DNA from: Eledone cirrhosa
Lineage: Eukaryota
Direction: 5' to 3'
Length of the DNA: 64,000 bases
NCBI GenBank assembly: GCA_964016885.1
Contig: OZ024751.1
Location: forward strand, 9,858,001-9,922,000
Shown here: piece after piece, positions 10,791-22,900 of the stretch
How the letters are laid out: every line of letters begins with the position of its first letter
How positions within the stretch are numbered: position 1 is the stretch's first letter
Notes under the pieces: model-generated
What the model saw: only the letters and a program-made list of their open reading frames with translations
Databases searched by the model: none
What the model was told of the DNA's origin: nothing
Translations under genes and position numbers: made by a program

Positions 10791-11166
10791 TGGACAAGGA
10801 AAAAAGATCATGCCTGATTGTAGATGTAGCCTGCCTATTTGACACGACAGTGCAAGAGAAAGAAAGGGAGAAAATTAACCGAAACCAGGACTGAAAGTGG
10901 GAGGAAAAAAGGATTTGGAACTGCCATGAAGTCAGAGTCCTTCCCGATTATCATAGGCGCACTAGGTACTATCACAAAGAGTTTCCAAGGATGGTTAAAG
11001 AAAGTTAGTCCAGCCCCGCTTTTTCGAACACTTCAAAAGCATGCTTGCTGGGAACAGCAAGAACCCTCCTGTACGTCCTGAATATCTGAGGCTGCAGATA
11101 GCGGCTTGATATTCATTTCAACAAACTTTCCAGTTAAATAACATCAATCACTGAGACTCAAAGAAC
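10791..11166 (+). mobile_element. Old 3' fragment of family A (copy A2)
   Basis: Aligns by eye to A1 6850-7225 (DKEKRSCLIVDVAC...IIIGALG plus the same 3' UTR); stop at 10892-10894 and frameshifts; followed by (AAT)4 at 11167-11178. Confidence 0.9.
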
Positions 11167-11179
11167 AATAATAATAATG

Positions 11180-12120
11180 ATTTCTTTATTGGTGACAAGG
11201 GCTGACATCAAGAAAAAAATTACAGACGGCACAGAACGGTACAGGACGGTACGATGTGGGTTTTGTGAGTGTAAATATTTTTATTATTTATATAAGAAAA
11301 GAAAAAAAAAAGGACATAGAAACATATATATATATATATATATAAGCAATAAAAATGAAAATTAAAACAATGAAAAATTCCCCAATAGGGGGGAAACCTA
11401 CGAGGGTTACTCGTGGCGAAAACCACACAAAAGACCACGGCCACCCTGACCACCAGGGCAAGCGCCCTCTCTCAATTTTTCCATTTCTCAAACTACAGAC
11501 GTATATTCACCCACCTTTCAACAAACATGCTAGAAGGCAGCACTTGCCTCTTCACTCTGATTTTCCTCTTCAAGTGAAACTTGAAAAAGTTAATTAGGGA
11601 TTCGCCGAAGAGGAAAGTGTCTGTCTTTAACCCTTTTAACCTTGTCCACCACACAATCTCTTTCGCCATGGCCACCAGGCAGATGAAAACCGCCTTCCCT
11701 TCCTCCTCGAAGGAAGACGGCAAGACCATCTGCACAATGGACTCAGTCGACAAGCGGATCAGTCCTACACGCGACAGCAACTGTTCGACATAGCTCCACA
11801 AGTCAGCAATGCTCGGACACTGAACGAGTGCGTGCACGACGGTTTTGTCGCTCTGCGCGCATCTCGGACAGGCTCGGCTGACGGCACTTCCGTTCCTGTA
11901 GAGCTTATCTCGAACCGGCAGTACTCCCCGGTAGCACTGCCAGGCCAGGGATTTTTGGAAGTTATCCATAGGCCCTGGGCTGAAAGTTCTCCGGAAGAGA
12001 GCAAACAGTTGATCTTCTTCGACGCCCAGGATCTCTCCGAGAATGTCGTCGCTCTTCCCCTCCACTAGTCCTCTATAGAACGCCGAGGTGGATGTTCCAC
12101 CGATACTGGTGCCCGAGGTG
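11180..12120 (-). mobile_element. 5'-truncated L1/Tx1-type LINE 3' fragment (ORF2 C-terminal zf-RVT region plus 3' UTR)
   Basis: Minus ORF 11493-12065 has SLAWQCYRGVLPVRDKL...CPRCAQSDKTVVHALVQCP...LW...IVWWTRL, typical of the L1/Tx1 ORF2 C-terminus; T-rich 3' UTR; minus-strand AATAAA at 11190-11185 just before an (ATT)n tract. Confidence 0.8.
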
Positions 12121-12176
12121 GAGGAGGAAGATAATTATTTATTTTCATTTTTTTATTATTTTTATTATTTTTTATG

Positions 12177-12300
12177 GATGATTATGATGATGATGATAAT
12201 GATGATGATGACCATGACTGTGGTAATACCGTTGTAACAGTTGTAACTGTTGTAATAGTTGTTGTTCTTCTTCTTGTTGTAACAGTTGTTGGTAGTATTT
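12177..12300. repeat. (GAT)n and degenerate GTT/GTA low-complexity tract
   Basis: gatgattatgatgatgat...gttgtaacagttgtaactgttgtaatagttgttgtt. Confidence 0.75.
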
Positions 12301-12606
12301 AACTCCTCTAGTTCAGATCAGATAAGAGGGTGATGACTGCCGTAGGAAATTCACCAGATTGCTAAGTGGAGCGTGAAAGAATGAACTTAACGAAAATGAA
12401 GACAAAATTTAAGATGAAAATCACTCTGCTTAAAGCTTCCATTTATTTCTTCATTTAGTGTTCATAAAAAGACAAACAATAACAAATAAATAAACAATTG
12501 TAAACGAAATAACAACAACAAAAATAGAAAATCGAAAGAAAATTAATAAGAAATCAAAATTAAACGAAGGTTTTAAATGAGAGAAATAACAAGAGAAATA
12601 TAAACA

Positions 12607-13100
<494 letters not shown>

Positions 13101-13254
13101 CACGGACATCATCTGATAACCTTTTGGCATTCATTATCTTTTGACTAACTCTTTAAGTTAACATAAAGTCTTCATAGATTGGTCGATGTTTGTTCACTCA
13201 AGTGGAACAAATATGCAACTGAATCCTGCATGTTAGTCTTGTTTTCTTATTATT

Positions 13255-13302
13255 TTCTTGTTGTTTTTTCTTGTTGTTTTTTCTTGTTGTTTTTTCTTGT
13301 TT
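13255..13302. repeat. Short tandem repeat of 13-mer TTCTTGTTGTTTT, about 3.5 copies
   Basis: ttcttgttgttttttcttgttgttttttcttgttgttttttcttgttt. Confidence 0.75.
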
Positions 13303-13419
13303 ATTTCTTCTTTGTTTTTATTATATTGGTGCTTGTGTATATATTTTTTTTCTTCTAAAGGTGCACGAGAGAAATAAACGCCAACACACTTAAAACATTA
13401 AGAAGACATACAAAGAAAA

Positions 13420-13623
13420 ATAGATAAATATACAAATAATAAAATAAATAAATAGATATATAAATAAACAATAAAATAAATATATGTATATATATTAAAT
13501 ATATGAATAAATAAATTAATAATAAATAAATATATAATAAAATATATAAATAAATAGGAAATAAATAATAAAATAAATAAATATGAAATATATAAATAAT
13601 AAAGAAATTAAAAAAGAAATATA

Positions 13624-13658
<35 letters not shown>

Positions 13659-13705
13659 ATATAAAATAAAATAATAAATTAATTAATAAATAAATTCAAA
13701 AAAAA
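13420..13705. repeat. Extremely AT-rich (AAAT)n-derived tract
   Basis: Almost no G or C; perfect (AAAT)n at about 13625-13660. Confidence 0.85.
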
Positions 13706-13812
13706 GAGAAGCAAGAGAAGAGAAATTTCGAGATAACAAATTATTGATTTCCCAGTTGAGTGTAACCACTTCATTTTTCTCTTACGTCACTTAGACGCCT
13801 TTAGAAGAAAGA

Positions 13813-13840
13813 GGGAGAGGAGGGGGGCAGGGGAAGGGGG
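13813..13840 (+). other. Potential G-quadruplex
   Basis: GGG-AGAGGA-GGGGGG-CA-GGGG-AA-GGGGG matches the canonical four G-run pattern. Confidence 0.5.
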
Positions 13841-13970
13841 AAAGAAGGCGACTGGGAAGTAGTTCGCTTGAAAAAGCATATCCTAAACAACAACCTCTCT
13901 TTGGCCTTCAATTTTTTGGCCACCTTTTAGAGAACATTCCTTCAGATTTATGCTTATCAAAGCAGAAATC

Positions 13971-16900
13971 GCTGTTGTTTTTGTTGTTATTGCTGTTGGT
14001 CTTGTTGGTGTTACTGTTGTTGGTGTTGTTAGTGTTATTATTGTTGATGTTGGTGTTACTGTTATTGGTGTTGTTGGTGTTACTGTTGTTGGTGTTGTTG
14101 GTGTTACTGTTGTTGTTGATGTTGGTGTTACTGTTGTTGGTGTTGTTGGTGTTACTGTTGTTGGTGTTGTTGGTGTTACTGTTGTTGGTGTTGTTAGTCT
14201 TACTCTTGTTGGTGTTGTTGGTGTTACTGTTGTTGGTGTTGTTGGTGTTACTGTTGTTGTTGATGTTGGTGTTACTGTTGTTGGTGTTGTTGGTGTTACT
14301 GTTGTTGGTGTTGTTGGTGTTACTGTTCTTGGTGTTGTTAGTCTTACTCTTGTTGGTGTTGGTGTTACTGTTGTTGGTGTTGTTGGTGTTACTGTTGCTG
14401 TTGATGTTGGTGTTACTGTTGTTGGTGTTGTTGGTGTTACTGTTGTTGGTGTTACTGTTGTTGGTGGTGTTGGTTTACTGTTGTTGGTGTTGTTGGTGTT
14501 ACTGTTGTTGTTGTTGGTGGTGTTACTGTTGTTGGTGTTATTGGTGTTACTGTCGTTGGTGTTGTTGGTGTTACTGTTGTTGGTGTTATTGGTGTTACTG
14601 TTGTTGGTGTTGTTGGTTTACTGTTGTTGGTGTTGTTGCTGTTACTGTTGTTGGTGTTGTTGGTGTTACTGCTACTGTTGTTAGTGTTGTTGCTGTTACT
14701 GTTGTTGGTGTTGTTGGTGTTGTTGGTGTTACTGTTGTTGGTGTTGTTGGTGTTACTGTTGTTGGTGTTGTTGCTGTTACTGTTGTTGGTGTTGTTGGTG
14801 TTACTGTTGTTGGTGTTGTTACTGTTGTTGGTGTTGTTGGTGTTACTGTTGTTGGTGTTGTTGGTGTTACTGTTGTTGGTGTTGTTGGTGTTACTGTTGT
14901 TGGTGTTGGTGTTGCTGTTGTTGGTGTTGGTGTTACTGTTGTTGTTGTTGGTGGTGTTACTGTTGTTGGTGTTGTTGGTGTTACTGTTGTTGGTGTTGTT
15001 TGTGTTACTGTTGTTGGTATTGGTGTTACTGTTGTTGGTGTGGTTGGTGTTACTTTTGTTGGTGTTGTTGGTGTTACTGTTGTTGGTATTGGTGTTACTG
15101 TTGTTGGTGTTGTTGGTGTTACTGTTGTTGGTGTTGTTGTTGGTGTTACTGTTGTTGGTGTTGTTGGTGTTACTGTTGTTGGTGTTGTTGGTGTTACTGT
15201 TGTTGGTGTTGTTGATTTACTGTTGTTTGTGTTGTTGGTGTTACTGTTGTTGGTGTTACTGTTGTTGGTGTTGTTAGTGTTACTGTTGTTGGTGTTATTA
15301 GTGTTACTGTTGTTGTTGTTGTTGTTGTTGGTGTTGTTGGTGTTATTGGTGTTACTGTTGTTGGTGTTGTTGGTGTTACTGTTGTTGGTGTTGTTGGTGT
15401 TGCTGTTGTTGGTGTTGTTGGTGTTGTTGGTGTTACTGCTGTTGGTGTTGTTGGTGTTACTGTTGGTTTTGTTGGTGTTACTGTTATTGGTGTTGTTGGT
15501 GTTACTGTTGTTGGTGTTGTTGGTGTTACTGTTGTTGGTGTTGTTGGTGTTACTGTTGTTGGTGTTGTTGGTGTTACTGTTGTTGGTGTTGTTAGTGTTA
15601 CTGTTGTTGGTGTTGTTAGTGTTACTGTTGTTGGTGTTATTAGTGTTACTGTTGTTGTTGTTGTTGGTGTTGTTGGTGTTACTGTTGTTGGTGTTGTTGG
15701 TGTTACTGTTGTTGGTGTTGTTGGTGTTACTGTTGTTGGTGTTGTTGGTGTTACTGCTGTTGGTGTTGTCGGTGTTACTGTTGGTGTTGTTGGTGTTACT
15801 GTTGTTGGTGTTGTTGGTGTTACTGTTGTTGGTGTTACTGATGTTGGTGTTGTTGGTGTTACTGTTGGTGTTGTTGGTGTTACTGTTGTTGGTGTTATTG
15901 GTGTTACTGTTGTTGGTGCTGTTGGTGTTACTGGTGGTGTTGTTGGTGTTACTGTTGTTGGTGTTATTGGTGTTACTGTTGTTGGTGTTGTTGGTGTTAC
16001 TGTTGTTGGTGTTGTTGGTGTTACTGTTGTTGGTGTTGTTGCTGTTACTGTTGTTGGTGTTGTTGGTGTTACTGTTGTTGGTGTTGTTGGTGTTGTTACT
16101 GTTGTTGGTGTTGTTGGTGTTACTGTTGTTGGTGTTGTTGGTGTTACTGTTGTTGGTGTTGTTGGTGTTACTGTTGTTGGTGTTATTGCTGTTACTGTTG
16201 TTGGTGTTGTTGGTGTTACTGTTGTTGGTGTCGTTGATGTTACTGTTGTTGGTGTTGTTGGTGTTACTGTTGTTGGTGTTGTTGCTGTTACTGTTGTTAG
16301 TGTTGTTGGTGTTACTGTTGTTGGTGTTACTGTTGTTGGTGTTGTTGGTGTTGTTACTGTTGTTGGTGTTGTTGTTGTTACTGTTGTTAGTATTGTTGGT
16401 GTTACTGTTGGTGTTGTTGGTGTTACTGTTGTTGGTGTTATTGGTGTTAAAGTTGTTGGTGCTGTTGGTGTTACTGTTGGTGTTTTTGGTGTTACTGTTG
16501 TTGGTGTTATTGGTGTTACTGTTGTTGGTGTTGTTGGTGTTACTGTTGTTGGTGTTGTTGAGGTTACTGTTGTTGGTGTTGTTGGTGTTACTGTTGTTGG
16601 TGTTGTTGGTGTTGTTACTGTTGTTGGTGTTGTTGGTGTTACTGTTGTTGGTGTTGTTGGTGTTACTGTTGTTGGTGTTGGTGTTGCTGTTGTTGGTGTT
16701 GGTGTTACAGTTGTTGTTGTTGTTGGTGTTGCTGTTGTTGGTGTTGTTGCTGTTACTGTTGTTGGTATTGGTGTTACTGTTGTTGGTGTTGGTGGTGTTA
16801 CTGTTGTTGGTGTTGTTGGTGTTACTGTTGTTGGTATTGGTGTTACTGTTGTTGGTGTTGTTGGTGTTACTGTTGTTGGTGTTGTTGGTGTTACTGTTGT

Positions 16901-19900
16901 TGGTGTTGTTGGTGTTACTGTTGTTGGTGTTACTGTTGTTGGTGTTGTTGGTTTACTGTTGTTGGTGTTGTTGGTGTTATTGTTGTTGGTGTTGTTGGTG
17001 TTACTGTTGTTGGTGTTATTGGTGTTACTGTTGTTGGTGTTGTTGGTGTTACTGTTGTTGGTGTTGTTAGTGTTACTGTTGTTGGTGTTATTAGTGTTAC
17101 TGTTGTTGTTGTTGTTGTTGGTGTTGTTGGTGTTACTGTTGTTGGTGTTGTTGGTGTTACTGTTGTTGGTTTTGTTGGTGTTACTGTTGTTGGTGTTGTT
17201 GGTGTTACTGCTGTTGGTGTTGTTGGTGTTACTGTTGGTGTTGTTGGTGTTGTTGGTGTTACTGTTGTTGGTGTTGTTGGTGTTACTGTTGTTGGTGTTG
17301 TTGGTGTTACTGTTCTTGGTGTTGTTGGTGTTACTGTTGCTGGTGTTGTTGCTGTTACTGTTGTTGGTGTTGTTGGTGTTACTGTTGTTGGTGTTGTTGG
17401 TGTTACTGTTGTTGGTGTTGTTGGTGTTACTGTTGTTGGTGTTGTTAGTGTTACTGTTGTTTGTGTTGTTGGTGTTACTGTTGTTGGTGTTATTGGTGTT
17501 ACTGTTGTTGGTGTTGTTGGTGTTACTGTTGTTGGTGTTATTGGTGTTACTGTTGTTGGTGTTGGTGTTACTGTTGTTGGTGTTGTTGGTGTTACTGTTG
17601 TTGGTGTTGTTGGTGTTACTGTTGTTGGTGTTGTTGGTGTTACTGTTGTTGGTGTTGGTGTTGCTGTTGTTGGTGTTGGTGTTACTGTTGTTGGTATTGG
17701 TGTTACTGTTGTTGTTGTTGGTGTTACTGTTGTTGGTGTTGTTGGTGTTACTGTTGTTGGTGTTGTTGGTGTTACTGTTGTTCGTGTTGGTGTTACTGTT
17801 GTTGGTATTGGTGTTACTGTTGTTGGTGTTGTTGGTGTTACTGTTGTTGGTGTTGTTGGTGTTACTGTTATTGGTGTTGTTGGTTTAATGTTGTGGGTGT
17901 TGTTGGTGTTACTGCTGTTGGTGTTGGTGTGGCTGTTGTTGGTGTTGATGTTACTGTTGTTGGTATTGGTGTTACTGTTGTTGTTGTTGTTGGTGTTACT
18001 GTTGTTGGTGTTGTTGGTGTTACTGTTGTTGGTGGTGGTGTTGCTATTGTTGGTGTTGGTGTTACTGTTGTTGTTGTTGTTGGTGTTACTGTTTTTGGTG
18101 TTGGTGTTACTGTTGTTGGTGTTGGTGTTACTGTTGTTGGTATTGGTGTTACTGTTGTTGGTGTTGTTGGTGTTACTGTTGTTTGTTTGTTGGTGTTACT
18201 GTTGTTGGTGTTGGTGTTGCTGTTGTTGATGTTGGTGTTACTGTTGTTGGTGTTGTTGGTGTTACTGTTGTTGGTGTTGTTGGTTTACTGTTGTTGGTGT
18301 TGTTGGTGTTACTGTTGTTGGTGTTGTTGGTGTTACTGTTGTTGGTGTTGGTGTTGCTGTTGTTGGTGTTGGTGTTACTTTTGTTGGTGTTGGTGTTGCG
18401 GTTGTTGGTGTTGTTGGTGTTACTGTTGTTAGTGTTGTTGGTGTTACTGTTGCTGGTGTTGTTGGTGTTACTGTTGTTGGTGTTGGTGTTGCTGTTGTTG
18501 GTGTTGTTGGTGTTACTGTTGCTGGTGTTGTTCGTGTTACTGTTGTTGGTGTTGGTGTTGCTGTTGTTAGTTGTTGGTGTTACTGTTGTTGGTGTTGTTG
18601 GTGTTACTGTTGTTGGTGTTACTGTTGTTGGTGTTGTTGGTGTTACTGTTGTTGGTGTTGTTGGTATTGTTGGTGTTGCTGTTGTTGGTGTTGGTGTTAC
18701 TGTTGTTGGTGTTGTTGGTGTTACTGTTGTTGGTGTTGGTGTTACTGTTGTTGGTGTTGGTGTTACTGTTGTTGGTGTTGTTGGTGTTACTGTTGTTGGT
18801 GTTATTGTTGTTGGTGTTGTTGGTGTTACTGTTGTTGGTTTTGTTGGTGTTGCTGTTGTTGGTGTTGGTGTTACTGTTGTTGGTGTTGTTGGTGTTGCTG
18901 TTGTTGGTGTTGGTGTTACTGTTGTTGGTGTTGGTGTTGCTGTTGTTGGTGTTGGTGTTACTGTTGTTGGTGTTGTTGGTGTTACTGTTGTAGGTGTTGT
19001 TGGTGTTACTGTTGTTGCTGTTGGTGTTGCTGTTGTTGGTGTTGGTGTTACTGTTGTTGGTGTTGTTGGTGTTACTGTTGTTGGTGTTGGTGTTGCTGTT
19101 GTTGGTGTTGGTGTTACTGTTGTTGGTGTTGTTGGTGTTACTGTTGTTGGTGTTGTTGGTGTTACTGTTGTTGGTGTTGGTGTTGCTGTTGTTGGTGTTG
19201 TTGGTGTTACTTTTGTTGGTGTTGGTGTTACTCTTGTTGGTGTTGTTGGTGTTACTGTTGTTGGTGTTGGTGTTACTGTTGTTGGTATTGTTGGTGTTAC
19301 TGTTGTTGGTGTTGTTGGTGTTACTGTTGTTGTTGTTGGTGGTGTTACTGTTCTTGGTGTTGGTGTTACTGTTGTTGGTGTTGTTGGTGTTACTGTTGTT
19401 GTTGTTGTTGGTGTTACTGTTGTTGGTGTTGGTGTTACTGTTGTTGGTGTTGTTGGTGTTACTGTTGTTGTTGTTGGTGGTGTTACTGTTGTTGGTGTTG
19501 GTGTTACTGTTGTTGGTATTGGTGTTACTGTTGTTGTTGTTGTTGGTGTTACTGTTGTTGGTGTTGGTGTTACTGTTGTTGGTGTTGGTGTTACTGTTGT
19601 TGGTGTTGTTGGTGTTACTGTTGTTGGTGTTGTTGGTGTTACTGTTGTTGGTGTTGTTGGTGTTACTGTTGTTGGTGTTGTTGGTGTTACTGTTGTTGGT
19701 GTTGTTGGTGTTACTGTTGTTGGTGTTGTTGGTGTTACTGTTGTTGTTGTTGTTGTTGGTGTTAGTGTTGTTGGTGTTGGTGTTACTGTTGTTGGTGTTG
19801 TTGGTGTTACTGTTGTTGTTGTTGGTGTTACTGTTGTTGGTGTTGGTGTTGCTCTTGTTGGTGTTGTTGGTGTTACTGTTGTTGTTGTTGTTGGTGTTAC

Positions 19901-22900
19901 TGTTGTTGGTGTTGGTGTTGCTGTTGTTGGTGTTGTTGGTGTTACTGTTGTTGTTGGTGGTGGTGTTACGGTTGTTCGTGTTGGTGTTACTGTTGTTGGT
20001 ATTGGTGTTACTGTTGTTGGTGTTGTTGGTGTTACTGTTGTTGGTGTTGTTGGTGTTACTGTTATTGGTGTTGTTGGTTTACTGTTGTGGGTGTTGTTGG
20101 TGTTACTGCTGTTGGTGTTGGTGTGGCTGTTGTTGGTGTTGATGTTACTGTTGTTGGTATTGGTGTTACTGTTGTTGTTGTTGTTGGTGTTACTGTTGTT
20201 GGTGTTGTTGGTGTTACTGTTGTTGGTGGTGGTGTTGCTATTGTTGGTGTTGGTGTTACTGTTGTTGTTGTTGTTGGTGTTACTGTTTTTGGTGTTGGTG
20301 TTACTGTTGTTGGTGTTGGTGTTACTGTTGTTGGTATTGGTGTTACTGTTGTTGGTGTTGTTGCTGTTACTGTTGTTTGTTTGTTGGTGTTACTGTTGTT
20401 GGTGTTGGTGTTGCTGTTGTTGATGTTGGTGTTACTGTTGTTGGTGTTGTTGGTGTTACTGTTGTTGGTGTTGTTGGTTTACTGTTGTTGGTGTTGTTGG
20501 TGTTACTGTTGTTGGTGTTGTTGGTGTTACTGTTGTTGGTGTTGGTGTTGCTGTTGTTGGTGTTGGTGTTACTTTTGTTGGTGTTGGTGTTGCGGTTGTT
20601 GGTGTTGTTGGTGTTACTGTTGTTAGTGTTGTTGGTGTTACTGTTGCTGGTGTTGTTGGTGTTACTGTTGTTGGTGTTGGTGTTGCTGTTGTTGGTGTTG
20701 TTGGTGTTACTGTTGCTGGTGTTGTTCGTGTTACTGTTGTTGGTGTTGGTGTTGCTGTTGTTAGTTGTTGGTGTTACTGTTGTTGGTGTTGTTGGTGTTA
20801 CTGTTGTTGGTGTTACTGTTGTTGGTGTTGTTGGTGTTACTGTTGTTGGTGTTGTTGGTGTTGTTGGTGTTGCTGTTGTTGGTGTTGGTGTTACTGTTGT
20901 TGGTGTTGTTGGTGTTACTGTTGTTGGTGTTGGTGTTACTGTTGTTGGTGTTGGTGTTACTGTTGTTGGTGTTGTTGGTGTTACTGTTGTTGGTGTTATT
21001 GTTGTTGGTGTTGTTGGTGTTACTGTTGTTGGTGTTGTTGGTGTTGCTGTTGTTGGTGTTGGTGTTACTGTTGTTGGTGTTGTTGGTGTTGCTGTTGTTG
21101 GTGTTGGTGTTACTGTTGTTGGTGTTGGTGTTGCTGTTGTTGGTGTTGGTGTTACTGTTGTTGGTGTTGTTGGTGTTACTGTTGTAGGTGTTGTTGGTGT
21201 TACTGTTGTTGCTGTTGGTGTTGCTGTTGTTGGTGTTGGTGTTACTGTTGTTGGTGTTGTTGGTGTTACTGTTGTTGGTGTTGGTGTTGCTGTTGTTGGT
21301 GTTGGTGTTACTGTTGTTGGTGTTGTTGGTGTTACTGTTGTTGGTGTTGTTGGTGTTACTGTTGTTGGTGTTGGTGTTGCTGTTGTTGGTGTTGTTGGTG
21401 TTACTTTTGTTGGTGTTGGTGTTACTCTTGTTGGTGTTGTTGGTGTTACTGTTGTTGGTGTTGGTGTTACTGTTGTTGGTATTGTTGGTGTTACTGTTGT
21501 TGGTGTTGTTGGTGTTACTGTTGTTGTTGTTGGTGGTGTTACTGTTGTTGGTGTTGGTGTTACTGTTGTTGGTGTTGTTGGTGTTACTGTTGTTGTTGTT
21601 GTTGGTGTTACTGTTGTTGGTGTTGGTGTTACTGTTGTTGGTGTTGTTGGTGTTACTGTTGTTGTTGTTGGTGGTGTTACTGTTGTTGGTGTTGGTGTTA
21701 CTGTTGTTGGTATTGGTGTTACTGTTGTTGTTGTTGTTGGTGTTACTGTTGTTGGTGTTGGTGTTACTGTTGTTGGTGTTGGTGTTACTGTTGTTGGTGT
21801 TGTTGGTGTTACTGTTGTTGGTGTTGTTGGTGTTACTGTTGTTGGTGTTGTTGGTGTTACTGTTGTTGGTGTTGTTGGTGTTACTGTTGTTGGTGTTGTT
21901 GGTGTTACTGTTGTTGGTGTTGTTGGTGTTACTGTTGTTGTTGTTGTTGTTGGTGTTAGTGTTGTTGGTGTTGGTGTTACTGTTGTTGGTGTTGTTGGTG
22001 TTACTGTTGTTGTTGTTGGTGTTACTGTTGTTGGTGTTGGTGTTGCTCTTGTTGGTGTTGTTGGTGTTACTGTTGTTGTTGTTGTTGGTGTTACTGTTGT
22101 TGGTGTTGGTGTTGCTATTGTTGGTGTTGTTGGTGTTACTGTTGTTGTTGGTGGTGGTGTTACGGTTGTTCGTGTTGGTGTTACTGTTGTTGGTATTGGT
22201 GTTACTGTTGTTGGTGTTGGTGTTACTGTTGTTGGTGTTGGTGTTACTGTTGTTGGTGTTGGTGTTACTGTTGTTGGTGTTGTTGGTGTTACTGTTGTTG
22301 GTGTTGTTGGTGTTACTGTTGTTGGTGTTGGTGTTGCTGTTGTTGGTGTTGGTGTTACTGTTGCTGGTATTGTTGCTGTTACTGTTGTTGGTGTTGGTGT
22401 TACTGTTGTTGGTGTTGTTGGTGTTAATGTTGTTGGTATTGGTGTTACTGTTGTTGGTGTTGTTGGTGTTACTGTTGTTGGTGTTGGTGTTACTGTTGTT
22501 GGTGTTGTTGGTGTTACTGTTGTTGGTATTGGTGTTACTGTTGTTGGTGGTGTTGGTGTTACTGTTGTTGGTGTTATTGGTGTTAAAGTTGTTGGTGCTG
22601 TTGGTGTTACTGTTGGTGTTTTTGGTGTTACTGTTGTTGGTGTTATTGGTGTTACTGTTGTTGGTGTTGTTGGTGTTACTGTTGTTGGTGTTGTTGAGGT
22701 TACTGTTGTTGGTGTTGTTGGTGTTACTGTTGTTGGTGTTGTTGGTGTTGTTACTGTTGTTGGTGTTGTTGGTGTTACTGTTGTTGGTGTTGTTGGTGTT
22801 ACTGTTGTTGGTGTTGGTGTTGCTGTTGTTGGTGTTGGTGTTACAGTTGTTGTTGTTGTTGGTGTTGCTGTTGTTGGTGTTGTTGCTGTTACTGTTGTTG

